DNA of 28,405 nt from a virus. Lineage: Duplodnaviria > Caudoviricetes. The stretch is from the IMG/VR virus record IMGVR_UViG_3300010206_000039, positions 1-28,405 of that record. One strand, 5' to 3'. The notes below the pieces were generated by a model, which was not told where the DNA came from, did no database searches, and worked only from the letters and a program-made list of their open reading frames with translations. Positions 8,427-16,558 of the stretch are shown here, in pieces (positions within the stretch are counted from its first letter, which is position 1; each line of letters begins with the position of its first letter). The position numbers and the translations under genes are program-made.

Positions 8427-8693
8427 TCATCGTCTTTTCATACCGGAGATCTCACCGGATTGACGAGCTTCAGCGAGAATTTGGCTGACCCGTCTTGTGC
8501 TGAGGCTTGCGCTGGCTGCGATCTCCTTTGTGGTCGTTCCCCGCTTGAACAGTTCGAGGACGAGCTCGCGGCGGCTCTCGTAGAACATCTTGGGCAGGGG
8601 CACCCAGAGATTTCCCGTGTAATGCTTCTGCACTTCGGCGAGAAGTTCCTTGGGCAGGACGTTCTTTGCGTTGGCATGTCTGAGTTGGAACAT
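8427..8693 (-). CDS. CD3324-family / Mor-like HTH transcriptional regulator
   Basis: AAGGAG RBS; NAKNVLPKELLAEVQKHYTGNLWVP followed by HTH TTKEIAASASLSTRRVSQIL. Confidence 0.78.
   Translation of the reverse strand: MFQLRHANAKNVLPKELLAEVQKHYTGNLWVPLPKMFYESRRELVLELFKRGTTTKEIAASASLSTRRVSQILAEARQSGEISGMKRR
8441..8465 (-). promoter_or_regulatory. Motif A upstream of terS
   Basis: Minus strand CGTCA atccggtgagatct CCGGTA, inside the last codons of the Mor-like gene. Confidence 0.7.
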
Positions 8694-9495
8694 TGTTTTC
8701 TCCTTGTTTGTTTGGTTGGCCTTTCATCAATTCCGGGTTTTGGAAGTGAAGTCGACTAGAACGGCCGTTCTTTTCGTGATGGACAATTTCAATGAACTCT
8801 CGGGAAATAGTCCCAAGTGTTCTTCCTTTTTCGAGAAAGCAGACAAGCCCCCAATCTTGGCCGATGGGATATAGCAGATGTGCGCGGTTCTGGAAAAGCG
8901 AGGCTTCGGACCACCCTAGTGAAATGGCTTCGTCACGAATGGCACGGACGGCTGTGAGAGCTTCATCGGTGACTTCCTGATGGAATGCGAAGGTGCCGGT
9001 TTGCGGATAGTACCAGCCCATGGGACCAGGGCGGACAAAAGGATGTGAAGGGGCTCCGGAACAGAATGCTTCCTCATCGGACATTTCTGATTCATCGGGT
9101 GGTGCGATGGGCTTGCGGGAGAATGCCTGCTTGGCCCAGTCGGCGATGGCATTAAAGCTTGCGCGAAGGAACTCCCATTGCTTGGTGGGCAGCTTGCCAG
9201 CACGGTGCGTTGCCTGAGCCTTGTGCATACGGTCCTGGAGCCATGCGAGGTATTCGGGATCGAGCCTGCGGTACTTGATGCCATCCTGCTCGAATTCGCG
9301 GACACCTGGGGCTATGCCAGGAGGTGTGAGTACCTTGAGGCCGCTGGAGACGAACAGGGCTTCAGGAGGGGCGATCTGGGGCTGAGCTGGGCTGGAAGGG
9401 GTGGCTGGGGTTGGTTTGAGCTGCTTGGAGGTGCTGGAGCGTCCGGAATGGGTCAGGACGCCGAGCCTGGTCATATTTTGCAGCATGGATGCCAT
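8470..9495 (-). CDS. Hypothetical phage protein; the C-terminal ~75 codons are probably read-through over the next gene
   Basis: 341-aa ORF with RBS (GAGG) and two globular-looking segments (YRRLDPEYLAWL; AISLGWSEASLF...WGLVCFL); overlaps 8427-8693 by 224 nt. Confidence 0.7.
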   Translation of the reverse strand: MASMLQNMTRLGVLTHSGRSSTSKQLKPTPATPSSPAQPQIAPPEALFVSSGLKVLTPPGIAPGVREFEQDGIKYRRLDPEYLAWLQDRMHKAQATHRAGKLPTKQWEFLRASFNAIADWAKQAFSRKPIAPPDESEMSDEEAFCSGAPSHPFVRPGPMGWYYPQTGTFAFHQEVTDEALTAVRAIRDEAISLGWSEASLFQNRAHLLYPIGQDWGLVCFLEKGRTLGTISREFIEIVHHEKNGRSSRLHFQNPELMKGQPNKQGENNVPTQTCQRKERPAQGTSRRSAEALHGKSLGAPAQDVLREPPRARPRTVQAGNDHKGDRSQRKPQHKTGQPNSR

Positions 9496-9538
9496 CGTTC
9501 TTCCTCGGGAGACTGAAGTGAAGTCGTACCCGATTACC

Positions 9539-9563
9539 TACCGGAAGTTCCGGTGGAATGACG
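9539..9563 (-). promoter_or_regulatory. Motif A upstream of the 9495 ORF / Mor-like gene
   Basis: Minus strand CGTCA ttccaccggaactt CCGGTA. Confidence 0.7.
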
Positions 9564-9598
9564 ATGGCCTGGTCAGGCCAGGGGAATGTCAGGGAAGT

Positions 9599-10153
9599 CT
9601 AGAAACCGCCGAACTGCTGCTCGCAGGGATTGCCGTCGTTGTCTCCGTCCATTTCGGTGTTCGGGCAATTGTGGAGGTAGAACTCGGCTTCAGCCTTGGA
9701 GCCCATCTCGGAACAGTGGGTCTTGCCTTCGCAACGGAACTGCTGTGGCTGGGCTTGGGGTTCTAATTGTTCCTGGGTAGGAATGCCTGCTGGCATGGGG
9801 CTGGAATGGTCCGTGAGCTTGCTGTAACCCCAGAATAGGCCACCGATCACGAGAAGGACTGCGGCAGCCTTGAGGCGGGAAGAACGTCTGGGCTGGTACC
9901 GGGAGGGACCGGATCCACGCTTGGGGGTAAAATTGGGCTGAGGAACAAGGCCTGGAATCCTGGCTCGGGTGGCCTTCTTCTTTCCGTTCTCCTCTGAAAA
10001 GGCATCGATCTCGACCGGTTCGCCGACCTTGGGTGACCTGGGAATGCGGCCGAATGCGGAGATATGGACGAAGACATCGCCCTGTTCGCCTTCGATACGG
10101 ATGAAGCCGAAGCCCTTGTCTTCTACCCACTTGATGATCTTACCGGATGCCAA
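9599..10153 (-). CDS. Cold-shock domain - transmembrane - Excalibur Ca-binding domain protein
   Basis: GGAGG RBS + TTG start; RNP motifs KGFGFI and VFVHISAF; hydrophobic AAAVLLVIGGLFWGY; CEGKTHCSEM...DGDNDGNPCE. Confidence 0.9.
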   Translation of the reverse strand: MASGKIIKWVEDKGFGFIRIEGEQGDVFVHISAFGRIPRSPKVGEPVEIDAFSEENGKKKATRARIPGLVPQPNFTPKRGSGPSRYQPRRSSRLKAAAVLLVIGGLFWGYSKLTDHSSPMPAGIPTQEQLEPQAQPQQFRCEGKTHCSEMGSKAEAEFYLHNCPNTEMDGDNDGNPCEQQFGGF

Positions 10154-10225
10154 TGTCCCTCCAAGGGATGAAAAACGGATGTTTGCTGTGGGAAAGATAA
10201 GCAAAACCGGTGGAATTCCGGGAAA

Positions 10226-10544
10226 TGCCGAAAGGGGATTCGGCGTTTGGCTAGGAATCGGCACCCCCTTTCGGCAGGCTCCGTACCTTATGGCTGTAGG
10301 GGAAATCCAGTTAATGCCGAAAGAGCCGAAAGTATAGAGAAGTATCTAATAAGAAGAAAGAAATAATCACAAGACCACATCACACCCAGGGAACGGGAAT
10401 GGGGAGGAAGAGAAAAATATACACGTGCGTAGTGAGACACCTCTAAAACCTTTCGGCACTTTCGGCATTCCGGCGTAAGTCCAGACTATATTTTGACTTA
10501 CAACGCCGATTGGGAATCGGCAATGCCGAAAGGGGCTTTCGGCA
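10226..10544. repeat. Cluster of direct and inverted WGCCGAAAG repeats; putative replication origin
   Basis: 9-mers on + at 10226, 10315, 10324, 10524 and on - at 10268, 10450, 10459, 10536, plus degenerate copies, around an A/purine-rich core. Confidence 0.75.
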
Positions 10545-10565
10545 ACGCGAGCGGAGAATTCCAAA

Positions 10566-11510
10566 ATGAATAGAGTTAACCCAAGTCCTGGACTACAGCA
10601 AATCTTACTTGATAAAAACAGTAATCGATGCTGTGTCTGTAAAAGAAGGAATGTAGGGCTGAATTTCCATCACATCGATGGAGACTCTTCAAACACAATT
10701 GAAGAAAATTTGGCTGTTCTGTGTGTTGAAGATCATGATTATCATCATAGACCCAATAGATATCTCCGATCTTCTCACCATGAGTTATCTCCGTCTGAAA
10801 TTTTATCGCAAAAGGTATCATGGGAGGGGTTTGTTGCTGAAGCAAATAAGGCAAATCCAAATGTTATAGCTGTATTAGCTTCTTATGGAACGCCTGAATA
10901 TGCTCATTCATTTGATCTAGTTTTCCAATGGCCAAATGAAAAAATCGAATATAATCGCTTGTATCATCTTCACGACGGAGACTTTGATAAAATTACAGAT
11001 ATGATAATGGAGGAAGTAAATTCTGTAGGGAATATCAAACTTGCACATTTCGGAGAACCATTTCCAATTGAACATTGCCCTTGTTGTAGCAAGGCATTTT
11101 CCAGGACGTTGAAGTATTCCTCTGTGAAAAAACACACCAGTGAATTGTGGGATAGAGAATCATTTTGCGGTGTTTATATAAACCAAGAAAAAGCTTCCCT
11201 TGCCTTCAACATTCGCTTACGCGATGAAGATTTGGTTCAATTTTCGTTTCATTTATGTAATGGGAATTCCTTCCATTTGCATTCAGATGACATCGATGAG
11301 GTTTTTCCAATTAATGTCAATTCAAGTATTAGATCGCAAGCAGAAAAAATTGTATTAAGTGTTATTGGATCATGGAATCCGGCTATAACTGTATTCGCTT
11401 CAGGTAATCCTGACAATCCAACGCCGATCAATGCGTTCATTTTGCCAAGTATTTGGGAAATCCATGAAAATAAAAAGGTTCCACGTGCTAAGTGTAGAAA
11501 CCGTCACTAA
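10566..11510 (+). CDS. HNH-type zinc-binding endonuclease domain protein
   Basis: N-terminal CCVC...HHIDGDSSN...NLAVLCVEDHDYHH; second CPCC motif; AT-rich. Confidence 0.8.
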   Translation: MNRVNPSPGLQQILLDKNSNRCCVCKRRNVGLNFHHIDGDSSNTIEENLAVLCVEDHDYHHRPNRYLRSSHHELSPSEILSQKVSWEGFVAEANKANPNVIAVLASYGTPEYAHSFDLVFQWPNEKIEYNRLYHLHDGDFDKITDMIMEEVNSVGNIKLAHFGEPFPIEHCPCCSKAFSRTLKYSSVKKHTSELWDRESFCGVYINQEKASLAFNIRLRDEDLVQFSFHLCNGNSFHLHSDDIDEVFPINVNSSIRSQAEKIVLSVIGSWNPAITVFASGNPDNPTPINAFILPSIWEIHENKKVPRAKCRNRH

Positions 11511-11982
11511 TTTAGAATCGAATCGCGCATCGTCTATTGTTCAAGTTTCTGTTCGTGACAATGAATTGGAATTATCTCCGCCAATTCCCAATCAGTCAGC
11601 AGGTGTATATTTCTTCTACACATCGTACAGTGTTTTGGAAATTTCGAGAGCAACACCCTCACCAAAACGAAGCGCAATCCCAATAAATATATTGGCAAAA
11701 CAGCATGGAAATTTAGCAAATGCATGCGTCAAAAGTATCGATGAGTTTCGAGTTGTTTATTGCGGGAGCTCATCGAATATCAATGATAGAGTCCGAAGTC
11801 ATTTCAGAGGCGGCAATGGCAACACTTGTCTTGATGTGATGCACACAAGCATCTCTGATCTATCGAAGTGGTTTGTCACTTTTGTTTCAGCTAATCAATT
11901 AGGAATTGGCTCGTCAGAAATTAAAGATCTAGAAAGGATGTGGAAAATTCACTGCGGATGGCCAATTCTTTGCAGGTCGTAA
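11464..11982 (+). CDS. GIY-YIG nuclease-like protein
   Basis: AGVYFF...VVYCGSSSNINDRVRSH...DLE; start uncertain (11431 or 11464). Confidence 0.75.
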   Translation: MKIKRFHVLSVETVTNLESNRASSIVQVSVRDNELELSPPIPNQSAGVYFFYTSYSVLEISRATPSPKRSAIPINILAKQHGNLANACVKSIDEFRVVYCGSSSNINDRVRSHFRGGNGNTCLDVMHTSISDLSKWFVTFVSANQLGIGSSEIKDLERMWKIHCGWPILCRS

Positions 11983-11988
11983 TACAAG

Positions 11989-13206
11989 TTAATGTTGTTT
12001 TGCGGGGTAGACGTATTCCCAATAAATAAAATTCAAAAAATGATCGACCTGCGAATAACTTGTGAATTCTAGATGACTTGCTAATTCCGCCACAATACCA
12101 TTAAAATTCAAGTATTGTTCTATTGAAACATGTTTTTTGTTTCGGCTCCCAAATGAACTACAACCAATATTAATGAGGCTTTCTGTTGAGTTTTTATTAA
12201 AAACAGAAAACCGGCATGGCAGTAAAGTATTTAGCATTTCAGTTGGCACATTCAAGCCAAGCCCTGGTATTTCTTGAATTTGATCTAAACAATTGCCAAT
12301 AATGAAATCATCAGATTTATTTTTTGAAGAATATATGAACATAATAAGTGTCTGAAGTTTTTTGAAGTTTTTCAAAACCTCATTCTTTTTACGATATAAC
12401 CCGCCAGAATGCCACAGCCCACGCTGATCTTCTTTTCCAACTAATCGTTCGTATTGTATTCTGAACTCAGACTTACTAAGTGCGTGCTTTGCCATTTTGT
12501 TTAGGATACTTTTTGCAATCTTATAGTCTTTTTGTCTGGCGTTCCACTGATCTTGTTGCTTCTTGTTTGCTTTGTATTCTTTTAGGTAGGTGCTAATTTT
12601 CTTGACATTGAAAAGATTGATTTCGCTAATTTCAGAAAGAGCCTCTTTCTCTGCTTGGTTTTTAATCTTTCTATAAATATCAAATTGTCTTTTGTATTGG
12701 TCAATTGTCACCGCTGAAGCCAGATTGATTCTCGGATCTTTGATGATTGACTTGAAATACAACTCAACTCTGCTTGAAAAAGGGGACGCTTTGGTTGAAT
12801 GGACATGGGAAGAGAGTTCGAAGTTGTCACGCAGGCCACCGATAGTCAAATTTGCTGATCCAATAATAGCGCCATAACCTCCACCATTTTTACGCCAGTA
12901 ATATATTTTGGGATGGAACGTCTCTTTGCTTTGAGAGCATAAGAATAATTTAGCTGATTTTGAGCCACTGCAAATTCGATGCAGCTGTAATAGAGCTGTT
13001 GGTTCTGTTTGATAAAAGTCTAGTCCAATCACAAACTGAACGTTAGCACCTCTTAAAATAATCTCTCTAAAGGTTTCGATTAGTAGTTTTAACCCAGACT
13101 CTTTCAAGAACGCCATACAGATAAACAAAGAATTTGCATTTTTTAATTCTTCATTTAACAAACTTATATGGCTCTGCTTGTCATTATCAATTAATTGTAT
13201 CCGCAT
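11989..13206 (-). CDS. PLD-family (NgoFVII/BfiI-like) nuclease with a helical C-terminal domain
   Basis: MAFLKESG, FHPKIYY, IIGSANLTIGGLRDNFE; C-terminal IPGLGLNVPTEML helix-hairpin-like segment; AT-rich. Confidence 0.85.
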   Translation of the reverse strand: MRIQLIDNDKQSHISLLNEELKNANSLFICMAFLKESGLKLLIETFREIILRGANVQFVIGLDFYQTEPTALLQLHRICSGSKSAKLFLCSQSKETFHPKIYYWRKNGGGYGAIIGSANLTIGGLRDNFELSSHVHSTKASPFSSRVELYFKSIIKDPRINLASAVTIDQYKRQFDIYRKIKNQAEKEALSEISEINLFNVKKISTYLKEYKANKKQQDQWNARQKDYKIAKSILNKMAKHALSKSEFRIQYERLVGKEDQRGLWHSGGLYRKKNEVLKNFKKLQTLIMFIYSSKNKSDDFIIGNCLDQIQEIPGLGLNVPTEMLNTLLPCRFSVFNKNSTESLINIGCSSFGSRNKKHVSIEQYLNFNGIVAELASHLEFTSYSQVDHFLNFIYWEYVYPAKQH

Positions 13207-13258
13207 AATCGAATGCTCTCTGGTAGAGTTAAATTGACGTCAGTTATAGACGTTTCGC

Positions 13259-16200
13259 TTACTGGCAGATACAATATACTCTTCTTCCCTTATGATCAGT
13301 CTCCACACGGATTTCAAACCCTGAATCCATGATGGTCTTCAGGTCATTCGAGAAACGCTGAGCAAACTGCCGGGATGAGGTCAGGTTGAATACCAGGCCA
13401 AAGTCCCGGCTTATTCGTTTCAGGGCAACGAATAGATCCCTAGAAAGAACTGGCCCCAGGCTCCCATCCTTCTCAAATTGAATCTGATACTTCTGGATAA
13501 ACTGTGCCACGTTGTTTGGTTTTCCCATGGCCATGTATTCCTGACGATCCGCTTCTTCTGCAGCCTTCCAGGCATTGAATAGTGTACCAAGCACCATCGC
13601 GATTGGATTGGAATCCCGAGAGGTTTCTCGGCTGGTCTGATTGATTATCTGGATCTGTTCCACGAAGCTTGGTGCAATTTCTGCAAGGCCTTCTTCGATT
13701 TCATCCTGAGTGGATCCGGCAAGCATCATCAGGTACATCAAACTCAGGTACTCGTTGCAGCGCCGCTTGTCATGATTCCCCAATTGTTCGTGGATCAATG
13801 TCAGAGCCTGAGATCTGCGCCCATCGCGCATCATTGCCAAGGCATAACTAGTCCGCTTCATTAGGGCAGAAATAATCAGGTCCCGATTCTTCTCGAGCTG
13901 TGCGACCACTTCGGATTCAATGAAGCAACAGTTGCTTTGGTTCTCGATGTCGAAATTGACCACAAAGGTGCGAGACTGGATTTCAGACAATTCACCAAGC
14001 AGAGGCTCGATGCCTGTGGTGTTCAGAAGGCATTTGGTTCGCTCGGTCACTGTCTCGCTATCGGTACCGCTCTTACGCTTTTCTTTCGCAATTCCGGTGA
14101 TACTTGTAAGCATGAACGTGGTCAGGTCCTCGGTCATCTGCTTGACTTCGATATTATCGAGCACGATCAAAGGATTCTGCGAGCCGTCAGTGTAGTTGGC
14201 TGCATCGGTGGCCTTCTTGTGCTGGGGCTCGCCGTAAAGCAGCGCCGAGATCAGCTTGCTTGCCGTGGTCTTTCCGGATCCAGCCGAACCCTCGAAGCGC
14301 GTCATGGGCCTTGTGCCCGCAAAGTCAATCAACAGAAAGCAGCTGAGCCAGGATAGGATCAAGAAGCGGTCACCCATGGGGCAACTCATATTCTTGACAA
14401 GGAGGTCCACCAATAATCGGTCCGCTTCTTCCAGGTCCGCATCGGGAATGAAACGGAGTGGCTTCATTTTTCGGGACCCATCCAAAATGATCCCGTCGAG
14501 GTTCCCGCCATTGCGCAGAATCTCGATGCCTTCGGGTGTGATCTTCGCAATCTCATGATCAGGGTTATTGAGATTGAAGTACACAGTAAATTCCGAAACA
14601 TTGGAATGCAGCCAGGAGAAATGGTCGCGGACTTGACCACGCAGCATGGCCAAGCTTGGCAAAACCTCAAAGAAGGTGCGGCCACCTCCTGACGTTGGCA
14701 CCAGGCCGGTATTCTTGTAGAGCATGGCGGCGTATTGGCGCTTGCGTCCACGGTCTGGCGAATCCATCCAGTAGATCGCATTGTCGAAATACATGAATGG
14801 CTCGCCCAGCTGGGTGTGGAAGAACATAGCCCCATTGGCGGTAAACCATTCATAGGCTGCTTCGGCTGCCTTGGAGAAGTCCGGCGAGCCATCGTCCAGC
14901 TCTGTTTCGAGCAGGACATCCTCAACCTTGGCCCGGCACGATCCGGGAGGCGCGTCGCTCTTGCGCTTGGCCTTCTTGCTTTCTTGCTTCGCCTTGGCCT
15001 TTTCCTCCTGCCGCACAGCCCGGAGCTGATCCTTGAGCACATTCATGGGCACGGCGCGTCCAAGACGTTCGTGGACCATCTTCAGGAGCCTGGACTGTTC
15101 CAGAGGTGGCATGGCAGCCATTTCCGAGAGAACAGGTTCGAGGATCTTGTTTCGCTCCTCTTCAGATAGATCCTCGGGGATGTTCTGGATACCGAATTCG
15201 ATGGGGCTCAAGGAGGAATCCAGAAGCTTCTGGAAGTCCTGGGCCGAATGCCCACGAGTGAAGAATTCGTTCACATCGATCTTAGAATCGGCGAGCAACT
15301 TCTGTGCTTCGGCCACATCGGCCGAACTGCGCCCTTCCAGGAGGCTTGCGAGTTCCTTTGGGCCAACGGCCGACACCAGGCCAAACTCGGCCTTCAGGCG
15401 GGCTCTGGCGTCCTTCTGGGCCGAATCCAGTGGCAAGGTCACCAGCCTGGTCTCAACCTTGTGCTCGGCTAGGATTCGGGCCGTCTGCAGAGCGCCCTTC
15501 AGCCCGGCCTGGGAAATCTCATTATCCTGGCAGATGAACACCTTCTGGACACCACGCAACTGCGGCATCAGGTGCTGCCAGTCTGCTGCCTTGATGCGCA
15601 CCGTCACCGGTGAGATGGCTTTGAAGCCCTGCTGCATGAGCGAAAGGCAATCCGTTACACCTTCCGTGATAACAACGCTGTCCGGCCGGGATAGCAGCAC
15701 ATCCTGGTTGTAAAGCACTCCATTGTTGATGAACTTGGCTATATAGGGACGCTGGTGCTGGTCGTGAACTGGCAGCTTCTTGTACTTTCCCTGCTCCCAG
15801 GGATTCTCTGGAGTCCATGGAGTCTTACGGCCAATGAAGAACACAACGGAGCCATGACTCCAGTAAGGGAACATGAGCCGCTTTTCAAAGAACGGAGAAA
15901 GCCCGTCCTGACTGGTGGGCCGGAACAGACCTGTAGCTGCCAATTCGCGTTTCGAGAACTGGCCGCCCAGTTCATCCAGCAAGTGGGCTAAGATCCCGGA
16001 GTCATTGTCCGAGTAGCCGATCTTGAGTCGATCGACAATTTCATCCTGCAGACCATAGTGGCTTCGCATCCATTCGAGGGCTTCGGCATTGTTGCGAAGT
16101 TGGGCATGGAAATATTCAGAAGCTGCGGTCAAGGCTGCCTGGACTCTCAAGCGGAATCCATGCTCGGCCTCGGTCTGTTGCAAGCGCTCATCTGTCATGC

Positions 16201-16558
16201 CATAGCGGGAAAGCGGAGGGAGCCCGGCCTTCTCTGCCAAGAAATCCCTGGCCTCGCGATGGGAATCGGGCATGGGACCAGCCACGCCTGCAGTGACTTT
16301 GCCAGCGCGGATGAATTCCACCAGCTGAAGAACGTCGCCACCAGTTCCACAACCAAAGCAATACCAGCCCTGCTTGTCTAGCATGACATGCAGGGACTTC
16401 CTGGACTGGCTCTGATGATTGGGGCAATCACATTGGAGCGTCGTTGCACTTTCATGAACGATGCGTCCCGGCATAAGCTCGTGGGCAATGTTCCCAATAT
16501 CCTGGTCGCGGATCAGTCGGTAGTATTCCGCGACGCTGTCTGTTCCCTGCAGGCTCAT
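13259..16558 (-). CDS. DnaG-type primase (CHC2 zinc finger + TOPRIM) fused to a C-terminal P-loop helicase-like domain
   Basis: ATG 16558 overlaps the recD2 TGA with a GGAGG RBS; CPNH...CFGC, ITEGVTD, CQDNE, GSAGSGKTT, IVLDN. Confidence 0.9.
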   Translation of the reverse strand: MSLQGTDSVAEYYRLIRDQDIGNIAHELMPGRIVHESATTLQCDCPNHQSQSRKSLHVMLDKQGWYCFGCGTGGDVLQLVEFIRAGKVTAGVAGPMPDSHREARDFLAEKAGLPPLSRYGMTDERLQQTEAEHGFRLRVQAALTAASEYFHAQLRNNAEALEWMRSHYGLQDEIVDRLKIGYSDNDSGILAHLLDELGGQFSKRELAATGLFRPTSQDGLSPFFEKRLMFPYWSHGSVVFFIGRKTPWTPENPWEQGKYKKLPVHDQHQRPYIAKFINNGVLYNQDVLLSRPDSVVITEGVTDCLSLMQQGFKAISPVTVRIKAADWQHLMPQLRGVQKVFICQDNEISQAGLKGALQTARILAEHKVETRLVTLPLDSAQKDARARLKAEFGLVSAVGPKELASLLEGRSSADVAEAQKLLADSKIDVNEFFTRGHSAQDFQKLLDSSLSPIEFGIQNIPEDLSEEERNKILEPVLSEMAAMPPLEQSRLLKMVHERLGRAVPMNVLKDQLRAVRQEEKAKAKQESKKAKRKSDAPPGSCRAKVEDVLLETELDDGSPDFSKAAEAAYEWFTANGAMFFHTQLGEPFMYFDNAIYWMDSPDRGRKRQYAAMLYKNTGLVPTSGGGRTFFEVLPSLAMLRGQVRDHFSWLHSNVSEFTVYFNLNNPDHEIAKITPEGIEILRNGGNLDGIILDGSRKMKPLRFIPDADLEEADRLLVDLLVKNMSCPMGDRFLILSWLSCFLLIDFAGTRPMTRFEGSAGSGKTTASKLISALLYGEPQHKKATDAANYTDGSQNPLIVLDNIEVKQMTEDLTTFMLTSITGIAKEKRKSGTDSETVTERTKCLLNTTGIEPLLGELSEIQSRTFVVNFDIENQSNCCFIESEVVAQLEKNRDLIISALMKRTSYALAMMRDGRRSQALTLIHEQLGNHDKRRCNEYLSLMYLMMLAGSTQDEIEEGLAEIAPSFVEQIQIINQTSRETSRDSNPIAMVLGTLFNAWKAAEEADRQEYMAMGKPNNVAQFIQKYQIQFEKDGSLGPVLSRDLFVALKRISRDFGLVFNLTSSRQFAQRFSNDLKTIMDSGFEIRVETDHKGRRVYCICQ

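Noticed and set aside
10154-10264. Track's N-terminal extension of the CSD protein
   Set aside because: Runs into the repeat array; TTG 10153 has a GGAGG RBS and starts the domain
10226-10544. Repeat cluster as a CRISPR array
   Set aside because: Repeats are 9 bp, in both orientations and irregularly spaced
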